Source: Paraphysomonas bandaiensis (Eukaryota; Protista; Chrysophyceae). From it: a stretch of DNA of 64,000 nucleotides. Within the stretch, counting starts at the first letter, position 1. Each line of letters starts with the position of its first letter. A program made the translations under genes and the position numbers. The notes below the pieces were generated by a model. That model saw nothing but the letters and a program-made list of their open reading frames with translations, did not search any database and was not told the DNA's origin. Shown in pieces: positions 25,530 through 36,713 of this stretch. Location of the stretch: assembly GCA_965644295.1 (NCBI GenBank), contig CBFFRP010000268.1, positions 1 to 64,000 of the forward strand. The letters are read 5' to 3'.

Positions 25530-26697
25530 TTCTAGGGTTGTCTCATGAGGAAGCCAGACTACTCTGACTACGAAATGAATAATTTATGATAATCTGGATT
25601 TATTAATCCATGACATGACATACTATATATGTCATAAGTTATGTGTTTTAGTATGTTACATACATGAAATCGTTTATTCACGACGAATTATGATAATTTT
25701 TCTGCAGCGATATCGCGTGGGTTATTATGCTATATATAATAATGCGAATAATGTCGAGTTGATTCGTCTATGCTCTATGTGATAAAAACATTCTCTGTAT
25801 ACACGTAAAGAGCTTATCCCTCACACACAAGAACGGAAGTGGTTGCACAAGCAGCTTTTGTAGCGTTAAATAGTAGAATATGAGAATTTGTACTAGTATT
25901 TAGTTGCTGGTACAGGTCTAGTAGCTTGACTAGTCTTCATCTAACTACTTATCTGGTGTCGATTCTTGACGCCTACTGCTAATAATAAGACTTTCACACA
26001 GAGATTGCGTTCTACGAACTACTGTACTACAGGGTGCTTCTGCTTTACCTAATGTACAGTCAATTTATAATTTACAACTTTTTATCCAGCTCATCTGGAA
26101 ATAGGCTGTTATCATTAACAATAATGTAGTGGTGTTGGCACATCACTTTACAAATTTTTCAGTATGCATTAAATCTTATTGCCTCTAATACGTGAGGTTA
26201 GAGCTGTATTAATTTCATGTATTGTGTGAATTCATTTTGTCGTTGAATTTCCTGTACCTCATCTCATCATCGTATCTGTACACGCTTTTTCCTGTTTACT
26301 ATTTAGTACAATTGACTCTATACTTCCTATTATAATTGAAAACTCTTGTGACTACAATGTAGCAATAATATCGGAGGCTATTAAGGTGCAAGAATAAGGA
26401 AGAAGTAGCATAGGGAGTAGTATGAGATGAGACGTAACCAACAATGTTAATATGTTATTCATGGTGAGTCTCAAATATCCGAGTCGCGTCACTAATAACA
26501 TCCCAGCTAGCAATTTCCATGACTTTATGAAGGTTAAATTTAGCACAATGAAAGAATGAAGGGTTTACAGACTTTCGTTAGGATCATATTCACGTCGATA
26601 TATATATACTCTATTCTTCTACTACTGAATGACCTTACCTGATCAATGTTGCATTGACTAGACCTCCTCGTAATGGGTAGCTATAGACGAGCATAAT

Positions 26698-26802
26698 TGG
26701 TTATTCAGCTTTTTACTAAAAGTTGCCTAGTTCGAAACATTTATTATTTTGACGAAACCAAGTCAATTTCAATAGTATTGACTAAGTTCAAAAAATATCT
26801 CT
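26698..26802 (+). mobile_element. Degenerate partial copy of the MITE at 58333-58591
   Basis: TGGTTATTCAG...AAAAGTTGCCTAGTTCGAAACATTTATTATTTTGAC aligns by eye to TGGTATTCACC...AAAAGTTGACTATGTTGAATCATTTATTACTTTGAC. The end TTGACTAAGTTCAAAAAATATCTC resembles the right TIR end. Confidence 0.55.
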
Positions 26803-27538
26803 GCAGTAATGGTGGTGATATGCTATAGAATAGTTTTCTTAATGTATATCTGAAGCATCGTAATAATTATTTCTCGCCCAACTACAGACATTGCAACTAA
26901 AATAACTCTTCAAATTCGAAATATTTTACTGATTGCAATGTATGTCTTCGTAGATATGAAACCAGAAAGTGTTCCATGTAATGTATTTCGTATATCCATG
27001 TTGAGATTTGAGTGTTTTCAACTATCTCTAAGAGTATTTACCTTTGAAGGAATAGCTACACGGGATGGAGTTCCAGTGGGATTAAGTCCTGTAGAACATA
27101 TGATGTAGTTGACACATGCCTTTGTCAGGACACCCTCTATCATAAGCAGTACTTGCATCTCTAGTTCAATAGATTACCAGTCAACTTATGTCTGGTCATG
27201 ACCCCTCATATCATCATATTCTTATGGTTTCTATGCGTATGAGTTATATGCATATGATGCAGCAGAGAGACAGCACGCTTAAAGCCTGTGTGTATTCTAG
27301 AGTATCGAGGTTGGGTTTCTATGACCTCTTCCTCTTCATTTGAAGGGTGGTACAAACCATTTTGGAGTGTCTGTGTGTGGATGTGTGTCGTTTATATCAC
27401 TCATAGCAGTGCTCAGTATGAGCATGCAGAAGATACATACACAACCATCGTAACATAAAGTAGCAGAACTAGCAGACATTTACTTTCAGTCCAAACCTAC
27501 TCCTGCAGCGTATAGCAGTATACATATACAGTGTACAG

Positions 27539-28027
27539 TACATACATACGTACGTACATACATACATACATACATACATACATACAGACACACATACATA
27601 CATATATGCATACATACATACATACATACATACATACATACATACATACATACATACATACATACATACATACATACATACATACATACATACATACATA
27701 CATACATACATACATACATACATACATACATACATACATACATACATACATACATACATACATACATACATACATACATACATACATACATACATACATA
27801 CATACATACATACATACATACATACATACATACGTACATACATACATACATACATACATACATACATACATACATACATACATACATACATACATACATA
27901 CATACATACATACATACATACATACATACATACATACATACATACATACATACATACATACATACATACATACATACATACATACATACATACATACATA
28001 CATACATACATACATACATACATACAT
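27539..28027. repeat. (CATA)n microsatellite, ~120 units
   Basis: Seen directly; degenerate at the left end. Confidence 0.99.
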
Positions 28028-28266
28028 TGCGAATTCTGAAGCCACTTCTTGTTCACCAATACTTCTTCATCCCCTCACTGGTTGTAGTAGTTAATCCCAT
28101 CGTGAACTTCGGAGGAAGTGTAATATTATGTACCTAACAACTGCCTATTAGTGAGCAGTGTGTATATATACTGGAGACTATCAGTGATTAAGTATGTATA
28201 GTACTATATAACTATAAGTCACAGTGTACATCTGGTTATATATATAACTAGAGAACTAGAGGTGAT

Positions 28267-29855
28267 ATGGGTGGTGCTGTATCTAATTCCTCATATATAC
28301 ATGCGGGAAATGATGTCAGTAAAACAGATTTCACCTTCCATCAGTCTATTGGTAAAGGACAATTCGCTCAAGTGTTTCTTGTCAGTCATCGTCACAATAA
28401 TGAACTCTTTGCTGCTAAAGAAATAAGCCTCAAACAGATATGGGAAAATGACGTGAAATCTGAAGTACTTCTCAATGAAACAACTGCGCTTATACGCCTT
28501 AATGGACATCCATTTATATCAGAATTGGCGTATTCGTTTGTGGATGGATATTCCTATTATCTTGTTATTGCGTTACTGAATGGAGGGTCTATACGAGACC
28601 ACTTGTGTGATGATAGAGTGTTTACTGAAAGAAGTGCTTCATATATTATTGCATGTGTAGCATCTGCTGTGGAGTATATACATAGCAAGCGGATTCTTCA
28701 CCGTAAGTTTATACGATGATCTGTGAACGATATAATCCTTGTGCAGGTGATATTAAACCTGATAACATTGTTTTGGATGACCGCGGTTACCCTCACTTGG
28801 TTGACTTTGGAATATGCTATATTGAACCTCCTGGAAGGGTGTTCCGCAAGAGTGGTGGCGCTTGTCCTGGTCTTACTTGTACATGTACAAGTGGGACGCA
28901 GGACTATTCCGCCCCGGAAATTTATACACCCACGCATGCACATGGCACAGAGGCAGATTATTGGGCTCTGGGAGTCACGATGTACGAAATGATATTCTGC
29001 TCTCGGCCCTTCTATAAACGAGTCCCTCCAGAGTTTGTGAAGTATGCAGAAAAAATCCGGTGTCAGAAGAAGGACTGGAAACACTCTAGTTGCGGGCCCT
29101 GTGCGTCTGAGTCATCCAAATCCAATCTGACAAATGTTATCTCTGCCAGCTATGACAGCGAGTCAGTGAGCGGTCATTTCTCACGTGCTTCTTCTACAGG
29201 TGTAAGATCTTGGAGTTATAAGCTCACTGATCATTCCTCCTCGAATAGTGTGCGCTACCAAGAGTCAACTCCAGTGGAAATATTTCGATCAGAAGATGAT
29301 GAGAGTGAGGAGCACGACACTCCGTTGTCTTCCACATTTAGCAGTAGTCGGAGCTTTTGTGTTCCTCCTTTGCAACATTGTACCTCATTACCAGAGATAG
29401 GAGAAAATTATAGCTCTCTTCCGTCGAACCTTAGGGTTCGTATCCCGCTCTACACTGCGTGTGGTGAGCGCGTGACAAACTCTTGTTCCGACCTTATTCA
29501 GAGTCTACTTGATCCTAACGCAGAAAGAAGACCAGGTGGGCGTAATTGCACTGCGGGCAATATACTCGAGCATCTTTGGTTTGAAGAACACTCTGTTTCT
29601 CCAATAGTTTCCCTCGAGGAAAAGGTACTTCCATTACCCTTCTGTCCCCCAGAGACAGCGTTACGCCTATGCACAATCAATAAAGCAAGTGAGGTAACCC
29701 CGGACGCAGATAGACCCGCCCCTGCAACTAGCTGGATATCTAAGCTGCGCTCGAGTAGGCCGCGAGATCGCAGACTTGAAGCCGTTCATAAGGAGTTAGG
29801 AAACTGCTCGTACGTATCCGTCAAGTATAGAAGCCCTGTCCCGGGAACATATTGA
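28267..29855 (+). CDS. AGC-group kinase, YANK/STK32-like, probably N-myristoylated (2 exons)
   Basis: MGGAVS start, IGKGQFAQV, FAAK, LNGG, ILHR|DIKPDN (intron 28703-28747), VDFG, SGTQDYSAPE, DYWALGV; Ser-rich insert in the C-lobe. Confidence 0.85.
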
Positions 29856-30287
29856 TGCGCTCAGATGAAGAAAAGGATGTATGTTTTAAAGTGTTGTACT
29901 ATATTTTACTTTGCAAGAGAAGTATTGCCCGTAGGATTTTTTATTTTCAGGGGTGTGTACTTCTGGAAGTATTTGTGCATATATTACGTGTACCGGGCGC
30001 ATGACTGTTTGTGTATTTCCCAATAGCCCATTGTCAACCAGCCGCAGAAATTCTACTGAATACTAATTTCTGTGTGTTGGTGTTATATCCACTTGATGTC
30101 ATTTCTAAATTTTCGTACTGTTGTATAAGAATGACGGTACTGGTGCGTGGAATTGCTACATTTTTGTTACTATTGCTTGTTTAATGTATTGCCATTTCAC
30201 TAGCATGGACATTCTAAACTTATAATACATATACTTTGTATTTAAATTTAAAAAATAATTTTATTGAGTGAGTGTTAAATTGATACA

Positions 30288-30382
30288 TTAGTTCTGACTC
30301 TTACACGCCTAATGCTAGTAATCAGACATTCACTACTAGGATATCAGAGTTAAGCACAGGCTCTTAACTCTTAAGCAACGCC
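30288..30382 (+). repeat. Left copy of a ~95-bp diverged inverted repeat
   Basis: TTAGTTCTGACTCTTACACGCCTAATGCTAGTAATCAGACATTCACTACTAG... aligns to the reverse complement of 32738-32836 (TTAGTTTTAACACTTATATGCCTACTGCTAAATAATAAGACATTTCACACTAG...). Confidence 0.7.
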
Positions 30383-30789
30383 AAATAGGGCTGCGCATCA
30401 ATTAATTGACGCAAGCTGTAGTCAATTATAATTACAATTTACAATTACTACTTGCCGTTTTAATTTCAATTATTGAAATTAAATACAATTATTATTTAGT
30501 ACTCATCTACATTATAGTAGACGCTAATAATAATAAATAATAAGACATTCACTAATATTTCAAGTATTATTTGCTGTACCCATTTCAATAATTGATATTT
30601 CTATAAGTAACAATTAATTGGTACTCGAAACCAGTTATCAGAAGCAACCATCAACATAATATTAATAAATTGAGTTTTGTAAATGGACTTCCAAGTGCAT
30701 GGTCATAGTGCAAGCTCGCTGGTACGCCACCTATAACACCGAGACTTTGCGCTGACTCTACCACCCCCCTACCCGTGTACCAACGTAGA

Positions 30790-30840
30790 CTACGCGGGAT
30801 TTCTCATAGCTGATTACTACGTGGGATTTCTCATAGTTGT
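30790..30840. repeat. Short tandem duplication, 27-bp unit x2
   Basis: CTACGCGGGATTTCTCATAGCTG followed by CTACGTGGGATTTCTCATAGTTG. Confidence 0.85.
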
Positions 30841-31584
30841 GCACCAAATTTCAAATTCTCTGTCGAAAACCCCTCGATATAATCTCTTCACACATTAGCG
30901 AGTATATTGAGCACTAATTCCTTCGTCATGTTCGTTGTTTTCTTGTATTTAACCACAACACTGTGTTGCTATCCACCCCCCTGAAGATAACCTCCTTATA
31001 TCTGCATACAGCGGTGGATCTGCTGAAAGTTGGAATGTTTCTGGTACATAGTTGAGTGGGAATGAATGTTTTATCCAGCGATCAGCTGATGTGATCTGTC
31101 TGTGTATATAATCTGCAGTGTGTGTTAAGGCTGTCTGTGGAAATATGTCGATCCAGCAAAAAATCTAGGCTTTTTAGATGCATGCTGTTTTTCGATGACC
31201 AATATATTCCACAAATAACGAAAAAAGGTCGATTTTTTGCTCAACATATTGTACCACGTCGTACAGTACATGGCATATAAGTCCTCTGTGTCCTCTGTAC
31301 TGCTGTACTGGTGTGCTGCTGTTCACGCTGCACTGCACCCCAAGACACATTCATATCTAGATATACAGTAGATAGAGCCGCCACCACGGATCATACCACC
31401 CCCACCTCCTGGAACACACTACATCGCTCTGTACGACAGCAATTGTTTCATCCCTCACTGCTCTCTCTAGTATCCCACTCCCACTGCCACTGCCACTGTA
31501 TAGTATCCTTCATATATAACTCATCATACCATATCACCACACATAACTATATCTAGTAGTGTTTCATATTGCAAAGCCCTTGTC

Positions 31585-32649
31585 ATGGAGGTATTTAAAG
31601 TGAATGAATTGGAGTTTTCTCCCTATGGTTATGAGCCCTTATTACATTATGAATTAGCAGTATGTGATGATAACAACTTTAAGATTTATTTCCTTCCTGT
31701 TTCTGTTCTCCTTCATGCTGAAAAAATACCCCGACATGAAGATGTTCTCAATGAACTCAAGTGTTATTCTGTTACCGAGTTACGTAACTGTGATGTTAGT
31801 CAAAGGTCTGTTTTTATTTCCCATCGATGGGTTGGAAATTCACCAGATGATGAGGAAAACTCGCAGTTTCATTATATAAAGAAAGCTCTTCAGAGAATCG
31901 ACAAGTGCGAGCTCATGTATGTATGGATTGACTACAGTTGCATGAAGCAGGACACTCCCGATCTACCAACTATCCGCCGGCTGAACTATATTCTTAGTTT
32001 TGCTCAATTTTTTATGATTGTCCTACCGGAAGGAGACCCCGAAGGTGTCAACTATACTAAACGCGTGTGGTGTATCTACGAATGGCTTGCAGTGCTTCAT
32101 TTCAAACGTACTTTTATCCTTCCCTCGATGGAGTTCTCTCGAAAGATACTGCAGCATACTTTGTCCTCACTCGTTGGCGTTTTGGAGGAAGGGGTGCTTA
32201 ACTGGATGGATGTGGTGAGGGTACAGTGTGGGTCGCGTCTGGAGTACTTGACCCAATTTATGTCGAATGTGGCACCAGGTGGTGTACTCTCAAAGGAGAA
32301 GTTCGTTGCAACATTGCAAGCGTACAAGGAGGAAGACAAGGAGTATGTGCATGAAAATTTGAGCAAATTATTCAATTTACTCGATTTATTGTTTTTATAT
32401 GTGGTGGGGAGTGGAAAGTTGGGATTGTTTGTGTTGGCTGTAAGCGACTACGAGGAGGGGCAGATCTCTATCCCTCATCTGCAGGAACTTAGTGAAGGGA
32501 ATGCGAGCAACATGGGAATATATAATGATCATGGACAAAAACATGATCTTGGTCAAGAACAAGGACAGGGAACCAATGGCGATACCTCTGATTCCTCCCT
32601 AGGACGTTTAGAGAATTGGAGAGAAATCGACAGCGATGGTAGCCTGTAG
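31585..32649 (+). CDS. HET-domain (TIR-like) protein, intronless
   Basis: Ordered HET-family motifs FISHRW, YVWIDYSCMKQ and YTKRVWCIYEW (RxWCxxE). Confidence 0.75.
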   Translation: MEVFKVNELEFSPYGYEPLLHYELAVCDDNNFKIYFLPVSVLLHAEKIPRHEDVLNELKCYSVTELRNCDVSQRSVFISHRWVGNSPDDEENSQFHYIKKALQRIDKCELMYVWIDYSCMKQDTPDLPTIRRLNYILSFAQFFMIVLPEGDPEGVNYTKRVWCIYEWLAVLHFKRTFILPSMEFSRKILQHTLSSLVGVLEEGVLNWMDVVRVQCGSRLEYLTQFMSNVAPGGVLSKEKFVATLQAYKEEDKEYVHENLSKLFNLLDLLFLYVVGSGKLGLFVLAVSDYEEGQISIPHLQELSEGNASNMGIYNDHGQKHDLGQEQGQGTNGDTSDSSLGRLENWREIDSDGSL

Positions 32650-32737
32650 TGGTATTAGTTGTGTTAGACCTCATTACTAACAGTACTGCATGACTAGAAT
32701 TAGAGGGGACGATTTTTAAACCACCTAAGTCTGCCCA

Positions 32738-32836
32738 GGCTTACTACTATAGTTAACAGTTAGTGTGTTATTAACCGTTAATACTAGTGTGAAATGTCTT
32801 ATTATTTAGCAGTAGGCATATAAGTGTTAAAACTAA
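32738..32836 (-). repeat. Right copy of the diverged inverted repeat
   Basis: Reverse complement aligns to 30288-30382 at roughly 70% identity by eye. Confidence 0.7.
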
Positions 32837-33939
32837 ACAGAGATCTATCTAGTAGTGTATACTAATATCCTACTATTTAGCGCTACAGAAGCTGCTTGTG
32901 CGTCGCCGCAAGCACCAAGGTGCGACCAGTTCCGTTCTTAATGTTGATTGTGAGTTTGTCCTAGGACTCACTGGCGCGTGTTATCAGCGGGTCTCCCTTG
33001 GGATGAGATTCCACCAGGCTCTGAGGTACAGGGTGCTGTATTAAGGTCCTGAGTGTACCGAGTGCTAGATGTGTGTGCTGAGAAGTGGGTGGTGAGGTGG
33101 AATGTGGCGTTGTCTCAGTGCACCGTTCGGGCCTCAGGCATAGGTAGAGTTGCCGGAGACGGCGTCGTTGTCGAGGGCCTGAAGGTGATATGTTCATGTG
33201 TTTATGAGTGCTGGGGTTCGTGTGTACGGTGCAATCACGTCCACTTGTAGTTTGGTCTATAGTCTACAATCTCTGGACTTAAATATCAACAGTTTAGAGA
33301 TTATTTCATTAAGTCAGTTTGCTATATATCATCTTCTTTTATATAGTTGATATAGACACTAATACTAGCTACTTAGGTTGTAGCATATATACATATATAT
33401 ATACTTGGACGTAGCTCTATTTACAATCTTACAATCATACTGATGACTTAGCAGATTCGTATCTACTGTATTTCTAGGTCAAAGATATTTTAGTTAGGGT
33501 TGCCATTACGAGATATATCTCTGTTGAGGTGTATCTAGTATCTACATATACATAGAAGAATTACTAAACTGGTGTATACCCTTTTTGGGGTATATATACC
33601 ACCAAATATATTTAGATATAAAACCTAGTAAATTACTTTGTCTGCTGGAACACATATATATGTTTCTCTAAAAGATAGACCTGTAGAATACGTTAAATAT
33701 AATGTGATAAAACTACAATACGCAGTCAAAAAAAAATACTATAGTATATAGTATATATTATAGCTATAACTGTAACATTGAAGTATCATGATGATTCAAG
33801 AAGATACGGAAGTAGATTAGTGGCTGATATGAAGGAAAGATAAAATTATGTTGTTGATATTATTATATATATTTACATATATATATAATAAGCATACACA
33901 ATTGTGTACGCAACAATAATCATATCTACCTAATAGTGT

Positions 33940-34495
33940 AACCACTTTAAACTTCTTTCTTAATCTAAGAGTTAAGAAAATGTCCAAACGACATTATGGT
34001 AGTGAATGGATAGTGCCGATGTACAAAGCTTTGATGAGAACAACGTCTAACAATGACTTCGAGACGTTCCTTATGCGAAAGGAACAGAATGAAGTTGCGC
34101 TGGAAAAGCCACCAAATAGGAGGAGGTTTTCGGGACAAGATTGAGACTGAATTCTACAAGCAAGCCGAAAGAGAGTACTGGAAAAATCCAATGCTATCGC
34201 TTATTTATACTGTAGAGAGAGGCAGTAAAACGATCTCCAAAGGCCCTTCAGAAGTTCCATCTGCAGCACAAAAATGTTCAGAGCAGCGGAAGGAAGAGTC
34301 AGTGCGCGCATGATGACGATTGATACACTCATTATTATTATTGAGACATTCAGAACTTGCTTTCAAGGAGAGCAACAGAATAAGATCGGCGACCTCCTAA
34401 CCCAATGCGTGTTGTTCGAAATTATGGTAAACTTGCTGCTGCTGAGTATGTAGCTATTAGATTTGAATTACTGCTCCGAGAACTTCAAGCGTTGA
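33940..34495 (+). pseudogene. Decayed 5' fragment (U5/PBS/gag) of a Copia element related to 40757-46210
   Basis: Frameshifted pieces DFETFLMRKEQNEVALEKPP, YWK..NAIAY, SPKALQKFHL.HK, CF.G.QQNKIGDLLTQ, RFELLLRELQ match the intact gag. A PBS-like TGGTAGTGA is at ~33996. Confidence 0.88.
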
Positions 34496-34859
34496 ATAAA
34501 ATGATCACTCGACTTATAAGGAAGAAATATAGAATATCTAATAATATTGATTGGTAGTTGAGATGATATAAATCTAGCGATTGACACCGATTACTATTCT
34601 ACCAAGTTATAATAGAGTATAGAGTGATATCAACGTTCAGTTACTTAAGTTATTTTACTTTCCTAATTCGAATCTTGATACATCTTTAGGTGGTGGACAA
34701 CGTAGTATATTTTTGTTCAAGCTGTAACCGAAGCTCCTTTAAGATAAATTACGAATATGGTATATGAGGAACAACGTAAGTGGCCATAAATTAGATGTTA
34801 ATTATATTAAGCAACACTATCCAGTTTAGAGTGCAGTCTAGTCGGCTAACATGCTATTC

Positions 34860-36085
34860 CTATTTGCGACCCTTCCTTGAAGATCCTTTCTTGCCCTGAC
34901 GCTTTGCAGTTTTTTGCTTCTTATTCGAAGAGTCATTGCCTTCACTTTTTCGCTTTCCGGAGTCATTAAATGGATCTTCCAACTGCGACATAGATTAGCA
35001 CATGAAACAATGCGACTCGAAAAGAATGCAAATTACAGCTGAGAAATATATTCCAAGTGTTACCTCATTTTCGCTGCCATTATTGGATTCTTCATCACTC
35101 TCATCCTGATCCCAGTCCTAAAAAGTATAAGAGCATATATGCATGTCATAATATCCGCACAATACAGTATGTTCAAGTGTAATGATCATTACATAGTGAC
35201 GAGCCAATGACACACACCTTCAAAGCAAGCTTTTTGTCTGTGAGGTAATCATCCTTGAGCGCTGCCCAAGAGGATGATTTTGCTTCTGTCGTAGTTTTGT
35301 CATCTCTGCTATCTTCAGTTTCCCCAGACTGCTGATTACCACCATTCTTATTGCTAGTTGTGTCGGCTTTAAGAAGAGATAAAAAGTTCGATCGAGAGAG
35401 CTCCATCACATCCTTTGTTTTGGATTTCTTCGCCGTAGGGTTACTACTGACTGTAAAAATAAGACGTTGTATCAGCGGTACTATGTCCAGCGCAATTGAT
35501 GGCCAAACTTACATTCATCTTGCTTCTCACTCTCCTGTCTTTTAGACTTTGTAATCGCATTGAAAAGGGCCACAACTGAACAAATCGTAAATACAGTGAA
35601 TATTAGAACAGTATGAATATACATAAATTCAAGTAGCAGAGAGCCACAGTACACACCGTACCTCCTCTAGTTGCCACCTTACGCAGTTGTCTCTCGTAGT
35701 CAGCCGTCGAAACGTCAGGAATAACAATATGTTTTTCACGAGCAAGTTTACGCTGGGCACGTAATCGTTTTAATCTATCTCTATCAGCAAACTCCTCTTC
35801 TAATTCCTTCATAATAGCTGTCTTTCTCTTAGCCAACACAGGTATCTGTATACATACACATACATACACTCAAACCATATGAATAAACCCGTAGAATAAT
35901 ACCTTCTTTCCAGGTACTTGTTGATGAAGTATCTTCGCCATCATATCCGCCATACCATCCATCCCTCCTGTAGTCATCGAGCTATCATCTTGATTCTCCT
36001 CATCTACACTGGAATCATCACTATCACTCTGTTCCTCATAACTCTCCTCCACATCTGCTAAATTAGCTGCATCATGAATATCCAT
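34860..36085 (-). CDS. RRP15: RRP15-like ribosome biogenesis factor, multi-exon
   Basis: Motifs GMADMMAKIL, PVLAK, ERQLRKVATRG|VVALFNAI, SRSNFLSLLK, WAALKDDY, DWD. Confidence 0.92.
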
Positions 36086-36713
36086 ATTACTTATAACAAT
36101 ATATGATATAACTATATACTCGAGTTCAATTGATTGTATAGTCCTGCTGTGTGTGGTTTCTTAAGTGGTTGCTATGGATGTGTGTATGTATGTATATGGA
36201 GTGAACGGGTGGGTTGGTTCATATGCCGTACATACAGTACATGATATATAGCAGTGGTATACGTATATAGAGACTGTGTAGTGCTTTTTGGCCATAGCTT
36301 TGTATACTGTAGTTTCTACTGTATATTATGATGATCTTCAGGTCCATCAATCGAAATATACGGAGGTAGGACGGATGCAGGTAGCCCGGTTGTATATCCG
36401 TATCAGACAATCCACATGTAGCCCGTACATTCTATGACATATATGGACATCTAGTTTATGTAGCCCGTTCAATTTCCTTCCGGGAGAGGAGGTGATTTTG
36501 CGAAACGGAAACTCTGTACATATACATACATACACATACATACAGACACATACATACATACATGCATGTACATGTACATGTTGTTAGATATGAGACCACA
36601 CTGTCTTAACAATACCATCGAGACCATCCTATGAACAGGGTCTGTGTGTGATATATTAGTAGATAATCTTAGTATAACATCGTGTATCATTACTGTAATC
36701 ATACTATAGTCCC

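Noticed and set aside
18720-29855. Three consecutive kinases as a tandem duplication
   Set aside because: They belong to different groups (PP2C-fused, CAMK, AGC) and show no visible close similarity.
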